DNA from: a virus
Virus record (IMG/VR): IMGVR_UViG_3300020392_000004
Reading direction: 5' to 3' (one strand)
Length of the DNA stretch: 64,000 nt
The position numbers and the translations under genes were made by a program. Shown here one piece after another: positions 38,369 through 47,255 of the stretch (within the stretch, counting starts at the first letter, position 1; each line of letters opens with the position of its first letter). A model generated the notes under the pieces. It was not told where the DNA came from. It saw nothing but the letters and a program-made list of their open reading frames with translations, and made no database searches.

Positions 38369-38883
38369 TTAAATGTGATATTCGGAAAGGCTTTTTCTGC
38401 AAGACTTTTAGTCACATTTGGAAACGGCCATACTCCGTCTTTCACTAGTTCCATTAGTTCAGCTTCCTTTTGTGGAATGCCTTCTAACAATTCAATCCAC
38501 ATAGTCTCTCTACGAGTTTGTGGAACTTCTTCTGTCACAAAGTATTTGAACATTTTATGTTCGAACCTTAATGATGTTTCTGCAAGGTCTGAAGCTGGTG
38601 CGTCATTCCTATTGAAAGGGGTTGGCCCTTCGGGTAATGTCGAATTGATATTACTATCAAACACCCAACGAAGGATTGGTAATACTGCACCGTTCCTATC
38701 ATTGAATACTGTTAGACCGTGTATTGCTTTTGCTTCGTCTTCCTGTGCAACTATATCTGCTTGACAAAGAATCTCATACACATCTGCATTGTTAGTGAGA
38801 GTTTGTCTCTCCGTAATCAATTCCATTTTTGGTTTATTAGGAGAACCCTTTGGTCTCCCTCTTCCTCTTTTCTTTTCGCTCAT
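38365..38883 (-). CDS. Conserved T4-like hypothetical protein with N-terminal AT-hook
   Basis: KRGRGRPKGS; LPEG..P, RRE...I.LLE.....EAE motifs. Confidence 0.7.
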   Translation of the reverse strand: MSEKKRGRGRPKGSPNKPKMELITERQTLTNNADVYEILCQADIVAQEDEAKAIHGLTVFNDRNGAVLPILRWVFDSNINSTLPEGPTPFNRNDAPASDLAETSLRFEHKMFKYFVTEEVPQTRRETMWIELLEGIPQKEAELMELVKDGVWPFPNVTKSLAEKAFPNITFN

Positions 38884-39731
38884 AATGCAAAATCCTCTAC
38901 ATGATTTAATAACTCTTTTAATCTATGAGTTCTTAAGTAATCAAATACTTTACCTCTTACTGGTTTAGTATTATTATACTCGGTTATAATGCTATCACTT
39001 ACCCCTTGAGGTATGAAATCAAAATCGATTAATGTTTGATTTCGTAGATAGTTCCTATAGTATTTATCGTCAGCTTGAATCGTGATTCTCATATACTTAT
39101 CAAGTATAGGTTTCCTCAAAGGTGTTTGTCTTATACCTTCGTCCAAACAATTATCATTTGATAGAATGTTTGGGATACCGTCTGACTTATCCCCCTTGAG
39201 TATATGTTCTTTTAAAAACTCTTGTGGGTCTTCGGGTTCTATAAACTTGTTTAGATTAGGTGACCACTGTGTCACATTATCATATCTCTGCAACTGTTGA
39301 AAGTCTTTATCACCACTTACAATTAATGTAGGTTTACCTGTATCTAATATATATGCATGTTGTGTAAGGACTGCAATGATATCGTCTGCCTCACAGTTCT
39401 CAACATACATGTATCTGTATGGAAAGTTCTCTTTGATTTCCATTTTAACTTTGTGTAATGTATCAAAGATTAATCCCCAATCTTTATCGTCTTTCTCTCT
39501 TGCTTTCTTTCTGTTTGCTTTGTATAGTGGGAAGTATCCTCTTCTCCATGGATTGGCTGCGTCTGTGCATAACACAATCTCACCATACTCTTCGGAATAT
39601 CTTTTCTGATAATTCCTCACTGAATTCAGAATCATGTGTCTTAACATATCTTCTGAAATATCACCATTAGTTATTTTCAACTGAGCCATCAAACCAGCAA
39701 TTATGGTTTGAGTAAAATCTATTAAAATCAT
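38880..39731 (-). CDS. rnh: T4-type RNase H (5'-3' exonuclease)
   Basis: MILID, WRR..FP.YK.NR, EADDII, SGDKDF.QLQ and GD.SDGIPN motifs. Confidence 0.95.
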   Translation of the reverse strand: MILIDFTQTIIAGLMAQLKITNGDISEDMLRHMILNSVRNYQKRYSEEYGEIVLCTDAANPWRRGYFPLYKANRKKAREKDDKDWGLIFDTLHKVKMEIKENFPYRYMYVENCEADDIIAVLTQHAYILDTGKPTLIVSGDKDFQQLQRYDNVTQWSPNLNKFIEPEDPQEFLKEHILKGDKSDGIPNILSNDNCLDEGIRQTPLRKPILDKYMRITIQADDKYYRNYLRNQTLIDFDFIPQGVSDSIITEYNNTKPVRGKVFDYLRTHRLKELLNHVEDFAL

Positions 39732-40429
39732 TTAATCACTTTTATCAATAATGTATTCTTTGTAGGTAAATCGTTTCCTTCTTTTTCTTTTGAACGAGGT
39801 ATCTCTTCCATAAACTTTGAAGCAATAATATTACCACCTACTACTAGTCTATCAAGCAAAGTCAAATCTGTCAAGGTCTTTTCTACGCATAACTCATATC
39901 CAGTGATACGAGAACCTCTTGCAGATAAATGACCTTCGAACTTTGTTAGTTTCTTACTTGATATGTTATAGGTAAATAACATTTTTGCTCTAGGTATTTC
40001 TGTTGGGTCAATAGATTTATACTTTTCCCACTCGGGAAGATACGAAATCTTTTTGACAATTTGTGCTGGGGTTTTGATTCTGACTTTACGAACTGGTTTA
40101 TATTCGTCTATGTATTTTTCTATGTCTGATTCAAAAGACTCTAACTTGTTAATAATATATTTCTTTTGTCTTGCAGTAAGAAAGTTATATGCTTCTTCTA
40201 ACTGTTCACAACCTTCTTCATTCTTAATTTCATATGCAGTCTCATGTGTAAAACCTTTCATGTATTGAACTACACGACTACTGTAATCTAGTTGTCGAAG
40301 ATACTTATACATGGAGAAAGAAGTTTTCTTTTTATCCATGAGGTTATCTATTTGAAGCTCGACATTCTGCAAGGCGTCGATTGCCTTGTTCCTCATTCGG
40401 TCTTGTATACTAATCGTCTGCTTCGTCAT
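39728..40429 (-). CDS. Conserved T4-like hypothetical protein
   Basis: QL.EAY, SIDP..I and YN...KKL motifs; adjacent to rnh. Confidence 0.7.
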   Translation of the reverse strand: MTKQTISIQDRMRNKAIDALQNVELQIDNLMDKKKTSFSMYKYLRQLDYSSRVVQYMKGFTHETAYEIKNEEGCEQLEEAYNFLTARQKKYIINKLESFESDIEKYIDEYKPVRKVRIKTPAQIVKKISYLPEWEKYKSIDPTEIPRAKMLFTYNISSKKLTKFEGHLSARGSRITGYELCVEKTLTDLTLLDRLVVGGNIIASKFMEEIPRSKEKEGNDLPTKNTLLIKVIK

Positions 40430-41819
40430 GTTTATTAGTCAATAAGAACTTCCTACTGGGATTAATCATTAGGTTAGCTCTGTTCATAAAATCTCTGTTT
40501 GCCAAAAATGGAATCTTTCCTCTTTGGTCTAAACTTACTTCTTGCTCATATATAGTATTTAAGAAGTTTAACTCACACTTGACTATAGGTCTTTCCTCTG
40601 CTGGTTTGATAAGTTTCATCATTCTTACGAGAGGTTTCTTATGGGTCTTACCATTTCTCTTGTAAACCACAACCTTGTCTTTGACCTCGTAGGAGTCCGC
40701 GTGAAGGGCACATGCGTTTGCACTGTTCCCAGTGTCCAACTTAACTGTCATCGTCTCACCATCGACTTCTATGGACTCTAGAACGCCACATTCAGTTGCC
40801 TTCTTCCTCCATATCTCTCTGTCGTGATAATCTTCGACTATAGTTTCACATACTTCTTCACCTAATGCATCGGATATTCCTTGTGTGCCTGGCGAGTGAT
40901 TTACTTCTAAAATATATGGGTCTCCTGTCTCCCTGTTCTTTGCTGGGATAAAGTCAACACCAACCCATTGACCATTGACAGCTTTTGCAGCTCTCAAACA
41001 TGTTTCTTTTTCTAGGTCTGTTAGTTTTATCTCTTCGGCTTCTGCACCTTGAGATATATTGGAACGAAAGTCATCAATAATTTTTTTCCTCTTCATTGCA
41101 CCAATGACTCTCTTATTGTTTATCATTACACGGACATCATAATCCATGTCGATATATTCTTGTAGTAATATATCACATGTTGGGTCAATCTTGTAGACTA
41201 GACTAACCGTTGATTGTAGAGACCTTTCAGTTTCTACAAGTAAAACTCCAACACCCTTTGCACCTTGTAGAGTTTTGAGAACCATAGGGAACTCATTGTC
41301 TAATCTTTCTGCAGCGATATCTACAGTCTCGGGGTCTTCGTTTGGAACTAATACTGTTCGAGGTTGGTTCATACCAATCTCTTGTAATCTCAAATATGTT
41401 CTGAACTTATCTGCACATACTTCGATACACTCCCTAGAGTTTACAACTGGGAATCCATATCGTTCTATTTGTGAGATTAAATCTAGGTAAGAATCTTTTG
41501 CAGTGACAGCTCCACGAACCATAACAATTGTATCACCGTCCATTTCAAAACCTTTCTCATCGTCTTGGTTATGGATTGTAATGACACCATTGTCGTCTCG
41601 TTCTAGATATGCACCGTTTACTTTTACAGAATAAACTTTACACCCAGCTTCCTTTGCAAGGTTGTAGAGTTTACTTGAAGTAGAAGAAGGTTTCTTGACA
41701 ACAGGTTTATCAGAATTCTTTTTTGCTTTCTTGACCATGCGTCTTTCAGCTATCACCACTAGGCGATATGGTTTCTTGTTATCGACTTCCTCTCGGATAA
41801 CCTCTGAAAACGAACGCAT
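40410..41819 (-). CDS. rimK: RimK-family ATP-grasp ligase fused to a RimB-like retropepsin/aspartyl protease domain
   Basis: DK..T...L......P.T, K...G.KG.GV, QEYI...DVR, FRSN...G, GVD and LEVN.SPG; C-terminal KLDTG...LHA...ERP.V...NR.F. Confidence 0.85.
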   Translation of the reverse strand: MRSFSEVIREEVDNKKPYRLVVIAERRMVKKAKKNSDKPVVKKPSSTSSKLYNLAKEAGCKVYSVKVNGAYLERDDNGVITIHNQDDEKGFEMDGDTIVMVRGAVTAKDSYLDLISQIERYGFPVVNSRECIEVCADKFRTYLRLQEIGMNQPRTVLVPNEDPETVDIAAERLDNEFPMVLKTLQGAKGVGVLLVETERSLQSTVSLVYKIDPTCDILLQEYIDMDYDVRVMINNKRVIGAMKRKKIIDDFRSNISQGAEAEEIKLTDLEKETCLRAAKAVNGQWVGVDFIPAKNRETGDPYILEVNHSPGTQGISDALGEEVCETIVEDYHDREIWRKKATECGVLESIEVDGETMTVKLDTGNSANACALHADSYEVKDKVVVYKRNGKTHKKPLVRMMKLIKPAEERPIVKCELNFLNTIYEQEVSLDQRGKIPFLANRDFMNRANLMINPSRKFLLTNKHDEADD

Positions 41820-41823
41820 TCTT

Positions 41824-42432
41824 TTATCCCTCATTTAACGGATTGATATTACCTGCGACTGATATTCTTTCTTTACCTTCTTCATAATGTGGATAGACAA
41901 AATGTCTCAACCAAGAAGGAAAGATTATCAAGTCACCAACTTCTGGCCAAAGATAATACTTCGACCAATTTAAAAACTGTTCCTCACCATAATGTAATTC
42001 TAATATACCAGCAAGTTCTTTATCACCAGCATTGTCGAATTTATTATTTATGGTCTCTGCCCTTGTTAAATCATTTTTTATATACAAAACAAATGACAAC
42101 ATACCACTATGGGCGTGCATGGGATTGACTTCCATTTCTTTTTGTATGTTGACCCACAACCCATCTATCTGTAATGGTTGAGGTTGCATACCTGCTTCAT
42201 GAGAAAATGTTTGTGCATGACGAAGTATATGGTTCTTACATGCTTCGGAAGCTTTATCTTCTACAGTGTATTGTTCATAGATACGACCAGCGAGATTACC
42301 TGCGTAGTCTCTGTCTTCTTCACCTCGAACTGAATCTATATGACTTGATAGTTCTTCAATATACTTTGGGTCAATCTTTGTCAAATGGATTAGTGGCCCG
42401 AAGGGTGAAAAGGTTCTTATCTGTTCTTGCAT
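41824..42432 (-). CDS. 2OG-Fe(II) oxygenase (TIGR02466-like)
   Basis: W.N, NP.HAH, FPSWL.H.V.P and RISVAGN motifs. Confidence 0.85.
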   Translation of the reverse strand: MQEQIRTFSPFGPLIHLTKIDPKYIEELSSHIDSVRGEEDRDYAGNLAGRIYEQYTVEDKASEACKNHILRHAQTFSHEAGMQPQPLQIDGLWVNIQKEMEVNPMHAHSGMLSFVLYIKNDLTRAETINNKFDNAGDKELAGILELHYGEEQFLNWSKYYLWPEVGDLIIFPSWLRHFVYPHYEEGKERISVAGNINPLNEG

Positions 42433-42752
42433 ATCTCTACGAAATGTTCTGCGTCTACTAGGACAAGAGGTTTCTGTCTGTTTCTTTTTATAACCACTAC
42501 TGGTTCATATCCTTTACAGTTTTGTTCTGCTTGTGCATAGGCTTCCCATACATTTACTTTTTCTTGATTCTTACATTCTACACTATAAGGAAAGATTTGT
42601 CTAGATTGTTTTCCTAGTATTATATCTTCACCTTGAGAACCCATAGGTCTTGACTCGATATCTTCTTGGTCAAGTCCTAATGACTCAACAAGTAAGTTTG
42701 CAAACCACTGTTGTAGTTTACGACCTTTTGCTTTTGCTGAACTTGTTTTCAT
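42417..42752 (-). CDS. PD-(D/E)XK nuclease, Holliday junction resolvase-like
   Basis: SAKAKGR.LQQW, MG..GEDI and S.ECKNQE motifs. Confidence 0.75.
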   Translation of the reverse strand: MKTSSAKAKGRKLQQWFANLLVESLGLDQEDIESRPMGSQGEDIILGKQSRQIFPYSVECKNQEKVNVWEAYAQAEQNCKGYEPVVVIKRNRQKPLVLVDAEHFVEICKNR

Positions 42753-42758
42753 AATCTA

Positions 42759-43136
42759 TCATACTTCTATTGCAAAGATTTTACTTTTGTCAACCTCTAC
42801 TTGTTCTAAATCAAAATTTATTGATACTCCACAACCACAACTGGATTGTTCCTTTGGATTGATAAACTTAAATACTTCATTCAATCCTTCCTTTCTCCAG
42901 TCTAGTGTCATACCATTTATATAAGGAACACTTATCTTATCTATAACAAATTGTAGTTTACCAAAATCTACAACAATATCTTCGGGTGCTTTTTCTTTTA
43001 CTGAATCAAAGATATACTCAAATCCAGCACACCCACCACCAGTGATACCAAGACGAATATAATTAAATCCGTCTCGTTCTTTTGCTTCTAATAGTTTGAC
43101 TATTGCTTCGTCTGTTAGTTCTAAAATATTTCCCAC
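42759..43136 (-). CDS. iscA: A-type Fe-S carrier (IscA/HesB family)
   Basis: GGGCAG..Y and F.NP.....CGCG.S motifs; AATAAATA late promoter at 43142-43149. Confidence 0.93.
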   Translation of the reverse strand: MGNILELTDEAIVKLLEAKERDGFNYIRLGITGGGCAGFEYIFDSVKEKAPEDIVVDFGKLQFVIDKISVPYINGMTLDWRKEGLNEVFKFINPKEQSSCGCGVSINFDLEQVEVDKSKIFAIEV

Positions 43137-43147
43137 ACAACTATTTA

Positions 43148-43783
43148 TTACCTGTGGATTTTTGATTCAGAGTTTTCAAATAAATCTTTGTCGTCACCTT
43201 TGATTCTACATAACTGATATGGTATCTCTATGTCTTGGTCTTCGGGAACATAGAGGTGATTGATTTGTGATTGATTGCATGTATTCACAGCGTCATAGAT
43301 AGTCTCGACTATCGGTTCACCATGAACATTAAATGAAGTGTTGAATAGAATCGGAACTCCTGTCTCTTCATAAAACAAATTAATTAGGTCGTAGTAGTTC
43401 TTATTCTGTTCTCTGTTGACCGTTTGTATACGACATGTCCCGTCACTATGGACTAACGCAGGAATCTCCTCATACGCCTTGTCAGTGACTTGTAAGGCAA
43501 ATGACATATACGGACTAGAAGGGAGTTGACACAAGTCAACATACTCATGTGCATACTCTTCTAATATGGTGCAGGCAAAAGGTCTATAGTGTTCTCTCTT
43601 CTTGACTTCGTTGACAATATCTTTTGCATTGTATATCCTTGGGTCAAAAAGAATAGAACGATTACCTAATGCACGAGGGCCCCATTCAGATTCGTTCTGA
43701 TAGATTGCAACTATTTGTTTACGGTCAATGATTAAATCTTTGACAACGACTTCGGGGTCTCTATGTATCTGTGTTATCATCAT
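43148..43783 (-). CDS. Carbamoyltransferase, C-terminal (YrdC-like) half
   Basis: E.GPRALGNRSIL, K.RE.YRPFA, H.DGT.R.QTV and NTSFN.HGEPIV motifs. Confidence 0.92.
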   Translation of the reverse strand: MMITQIHRDPEVVVKDLIIDRKQIVAIYQNESEWGPRALGNRSILFDPRIYNAKDIVNEVKKREHYRPFACTILEEYAHEYVDLCQLPSSPYMSFALQVTDKAYEEIPALVHSDGTCRIQTVNREQNKNYYDLINLFYEETGVPILFNTSFNVHGEPIVETIYDAVNTCNQSQINHLYVPEDQDIEIPYQLCRIKGDDKDLFENSESKIHR

Positions 43784-44972
43784 GTTCTAAAAGCTTTGCA
43801 AGATTAATTGCACCTCCGATTGCAGTGCCACCGTCATGTGCAACGGGGTCAACAAAAAATTGGTGGTCGGGAAACTCTCGTAGATACTTTGCATTGTTTG
43901 TGCAGTTCAAAGAGAACCCACCACTTAATATAATATTCTTGCAATCGGGATTCTTGTCGATTGCCTTTTGTATAATTTTACAACTGTAGTTAAATGAATC
44001 CTGTTGTAAGAGATTACAGATTGCATTCATACTAAAGTAATGCATACCTTCGTCATACTCTTTCCAGTCTACATAAGACGCTGCACCCATAACCTTACCA
44101 CTTGCACGACCCAACTTATCAAATCCAAATGCATAAGATAAATTAGAGAAGTTCATTCCACAACTAGGGAAACTAGAGAACACAATCTCTGCACCAGTTT
44201 CTTCTTCTGTTGTAATATGTGAAGGTGCAATGATACTTTGTTCTTGTTCTACACCGAATGCATTCTTATGAAAGTCTACAAGTCTTCGGTGGTTGGATAG
44301 TCTTTGCCATTGTAGTTTAGGAATCTCGTTAGGTTCCATGAAGTAAATAGATTCAACCTCTTGATAGTCTGGCCAATCAAACTGAAATCTTTTTGCTCCA
44401 CCACCGTCCCAAACGATAGCGATAGCTGACTCTTCATTGTTCCAAGGACTTAAGTAATAACCACACTCTGCATGATACATGTGGTGTTCGAATCGATAAT
44501 GGAAGTTATCAAACCCTAGTTCTAATTGGTCTGCGACTGCACTTGCAAATACATCGTCAGTCTGTTGACCCATGGACGGGTCTATATCACCGTCTTCGTT
44601 AAGAGATTCGGGGTGAGGAGTTCGAAGGTTGTCACCAAACTTATCTATAAGTTTAAGTTGTCTCTTCATATTAAATTGTTCTGCAGCGACAAAGTCTCTT
44701 GTCTCTCTCATTCTATTACGGTCTCTTAACATGTGACCATTGTCTAGATACCATTCGAAATGTCTACGGTCAAAAGAACAATGCACCATATGGTCGGGAG
44801 TCTCTACTTTCTTAAGAGGGATACAGGATAGGTCATGCATGTTTCCTTTCGGTGACCAATACTTTACTCTACGAAATCTTTCTTCTTCGTATAGGAAATC
44901 AACCTTCTTGGTTTCAGTATCGTATTGTGCGATTGACGCTTCGTGGCTTGAATTGTATCCAATAATTTTCAT
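43761..44972 (-). CDS. Carbamoyltransferase, N-terminal (Kae1-like, NodU/CmcH) half
   Basis: HEAS, EEERF.R.K, HH.YHA, DGGG, GKVMG and SGG..LNC..N...P..HDGG.AIG motifs. Confidence 0.9.
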   Translation of the reverse strand: MKIIGYNSSHEASIAQYDTETKKVDFLYEEERFRRVKYWSPKGNMHDLSCIPLKKVETPDHMVHCSFDRRHFEWYLDNGHMLRDRNRMRETRDFVAAEQFNMKRQLKLIDKFGDNLRTPHPESLNEDGDIDPSMGQQTDDVFASAVADQLELGFDNFHYRFEHHMYHAECGYYLSPWNNEESAIAIVWDGGGAKRFQFDWPDYQEVESIYFMEPNEIPKLQWQRLSNHRRLVDFHKNAFGVEQEQSIIAPSHITTEEETGAEIVFSSFPSCGMNFSNLSYAFGFDKLGRASGKVMGAASYVDWKEYDEGMHYFSMNAICNLLQQDSFNYSCKIIQKAIDKNPDCKNIILSGGFSLNCTNNAKYLREFPDHQFFVDPVAHDGGTAIGGAINLAKLLEHDDNTDT

Positions 44973-44986
44973 AACAATAATTTAAT

Positions 44987-45160
44987 TTATTCTTCGTTTA
45001 TCTTATATGCTTTCATTAACTGCATATGTGTGATAAGTTTACGGTCTAACAAATCTTCTATGATATCTGCTCTTCCGTTCTTTGCACCACTCTGATAAGA
45101 GAAGTAAACACATGCAATGGTATATATTGCAAGGACAGTGTATAGTTCTAAACTTTCCAT
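44987..45160 (-). CDS. Small membrane protein
   Basis: Start MESLELY; one TM helix. Confidence 0.55.
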   Translation of the reverse strand: MESLELYTVLAIYTIACVYFSYQSGAKNGRADIIEDLLDRKLITHMQLMKAYKINEE

Positions 45161-45168
45161 AATATTAT

Positions 45169-45366
45169 TTATACTCCCGTATAATCGTCTTCGTCCCAAA
45201 TAGTTCTACGAACAAAGGGGTTTCTTATACTCCATTTGTTATACCATAGTGCATACCATATTCCACCAAGGACTGTCACCCAAATGACTCCACTAAAGAA
45301 CCATTTCAATAACCAACCTAGGAGAGTCCATGGTAGTAAGTATATATCTACAATTGTTTCTATCAT
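45169..45366 (-). CDS. Small Trp-rich membrane protein
   Basis: Start MIETIV with GGAGG Shine-Dalgarno. Confidence 0.55.
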   Translation of the reverse strand: MIETIVDIYLLPWTLLGWLLKWFFSGVIWVTVLGGIWYALWYNKWSIRNPFVRRTIWDEDDYTGV

Positions 45367-45530
45367 GATAATCTGTCCTCCACAAGGGATAATATTTTTT
45401 CTTTGGAATACCAAAGACTACTGAATACTTCTGTAGTTTCGTTATCCCACTCTACTATATATCGTTTGTATCCGAATATCCTTTCACTGAATACACGGAC
45501 TTCACCGTAATTTGCTTCTAATAATCTCAT
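45363..45530 (-). CDS. Small hypothetical protein (55 aa)
   Basis: MRLLEANYGEVRVFSER...; coupled on both sides. Confidence 0.55.
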   Translation of the reverse strand: MRLLEANYGEVRVFSERIFGYKRYIVEWDNETTEVFSSLWYSKEKILSLVEDRLS

Positions 45531-46021
45531 ATAAAATTAATATTAATGTTAACTCTCAAGTTGGTATCAGTCTGACCCACACTTGCGTGAAACTCGTTGC
45601 CGTCAAAAATGTATAAAGTATTTGCAACCGAGCTTGCCATCTGTCCATTCTTAAACTTTGTATAACCATTACAGGTATTGACACAGTATATACCTACTTG
45701 GTGAGGATACATGAAGTCTTGGTGAAACTCTGATTGAACCTGTTCTGACTGTCGAGTATAACAATTTACCTTGATACGAATGAGTTCATTGACACCTAAC
45801 CTTGATACAATAGGGATACCAATAGTATTAAATAGGTGAGGGTCACATAGACCACTGTCTGTTTGCCAGATAGTATTACCGAAACTAAACCCATTATCGC
45901 CTGGACTAGACAAACCGTCACGGTAATAATAAGGCATTTCCATAGAGTCGGAGCCCATTAGAATAGACTGGACACGGTCAAAAATATTTTCGGGTAGGAA
46001 ATTATCGAATCGTTCAAGCAT
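45527..46021 (-). CDS. 2OG-Fe(II) oxygenase-like protein
   Basis: FHQD, NG.T.F, FDG..FH and R..ININ motifs. Confidence 0.8.
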   Translation of the reverse strand: MLERFDNFLPENIFDRVQSILMGSDSMEMPYYYRDGLSSPGDNGFSFGNTIWQTDSGLCDPHLFNTIGIPIVSRLGVNELIRIKVNCYTRQSEQVQSEFHQDFMYPHQVGIYCVNTCNGYTKFKNGQMASSVANTLYIFDGNEFHASVGQTDTNLRVNININFI

Positions 46022-46310
46022 AAAAGTCCGCTAGGTTTCTCAATAAAAATAATAAACCGACTCCATTTAATAATACCAATGCACGGTCTTTCCATAATAT
46101 ACTCACTACTAACCATAGTGAGACACCAATTACAGACGCCCATAGGTCATATAAAACGAATCCTTCCACACCTCTTAAGGACATAGCTGCTAATATAAAG
46201 ACACTTGCAATCCACTTTACATACCAATCAGGTGTATATTTGGGAGTTGCAGACTTGAATATTCTCTTACTATTCTCTAATTCTTTCTTGGTAAATTGAT
46301 TTTTTGTCAT
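46014..46310 (-). CDS. Membrane protein (about 3 TM)
   Basis: DWY.KW.AS...W.DRAL..LN; extended -10 TGATATAAT just upstream. Confidence 0.65.
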   Translation of the reverse strand: MTKNQFTKKELENSKRIFKSATPKYTPDWYVKWIASVFILAAMSLRGVEGFVLYDLWASVIGVSLWLVVSILWKDRALVLLNGVGLLFLLRNLADFYA

Positions 46311-46604
46311 ATTGAATACCATTATATCATACTATGTGGGTGTGCGAAAGGGGGTTTTACCTATAGCTATATAGTTTTTCCCAAAAAAAATTTTCTGATA
46401 GACAAATAAAAAACGGTCACAGGCTTTCATGGGGTGGCGTTGAGGCGGTCTGAAATTTTCGTAGGAGTCCCATATGACTGTTTTCTGTAAGGCTATTCTG
46501 TGTAATTATGTGGCGCTTCTACTATTATAACATTTTTTGCAGCCATTGTCAAGGCCTCTGATATGCCGTAGTAGCAGGGCTTTCAGAGGTGGCAGCCATA
46601 ACAT

Positions 46605-46755
46605 GCGTGGCGATATATTGTGTTTCGCCGACACAAAAAAGAATATATGTGGAGAATCTATCTCATCTTCTCCCGTCCAATCTCGGTTTGGAGACCCTAT
46701 ACTCTTAACTCAAAGCAATCCACGGACATATAGTATAGTCAATTCCGTAGTTATA
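46605..46755 (-). ncRNA. Candidate promoter-driven pseudoknotted small RNA
   Basis: Follows the 46761-46789 promoter; H-type pseudoknot, two hairpins and a U-tract. Confidence 0.55.
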
Positions 46756-46769
46756 CACCTATTATACCA

Positions 46770-47006
46770 CTAGTGAAAGACTTTTGCAAGGCCATTCACT
46801 ACAATAAAATTAATATTCAGCTTACCTATTATCTCTATACCTAGTCGTTGGTATACAGAGTCACACATAAGCGCCCATGATTCATTCATACGGTCACTGT
46901 TATCCATAGCGAGTTGCATTTCCTTACTATTAAGAGGGATAACTATATCATTCTCACTAGAGGAATCAACCTTGGAACATATTAAACCGTTAACTATTTC
47001 TTTCAT
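46770..47006 (-). CDS. Hypothetical early protein
   Basis: 78 aa, directly after the 47016-47044 promoter. Confidence 0.6.
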   Translation of the reverse strand: MKEIVNGLICSKVDSSSENDIVIPLNSKEMQLAMDNSDRMNESWALMCDSVYQRLGIEIIGKLNINFIVVNGLAKVFH

Positions 47007-47255
47007 TTATACTATATGCTAACAGGTATAGAGAGAAAAGTCAAGGCCCCAGGCCGAATAAAGGCCATATATTCCGCCCCCTCGGAAAGGCCCGTATATA
47101 GGGGGCCTCCGAGACGCCTTGACTCCCCGCCAAATATGTGGTTAATATCCCCGAAGCCGAACGGCTAAAAGCAAAAAAATCACACTTTCACCATAATCAC
47201 CTTTGAGTATTATTTTTATTCACTACATATAAGACACATATAATAAATATTCATT

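Larger units (their letters stand above)
46321..47255. promoter_or_regulatory. GC-rich, promoter-dense, largely non-coding control region
   Basis: Minus-strand promoters at 46321, 46524-46552 (TTGACA-17-TATAAT), 46761-46789 (TTGCAA-17-TATAAT) and 47016-47044 (TTGACT-17-TAGCAT); plus-strand TTGACT at 47119 and late AATAAATA at 47242. Confidence 0.75.

Noticed and set aside
46537-46773. 78-aa plus-strand ORF
   Set aside because: TTG start, no Shine-Dalgarno, antisense to strong promoters; the RNA structure explanation fits better.
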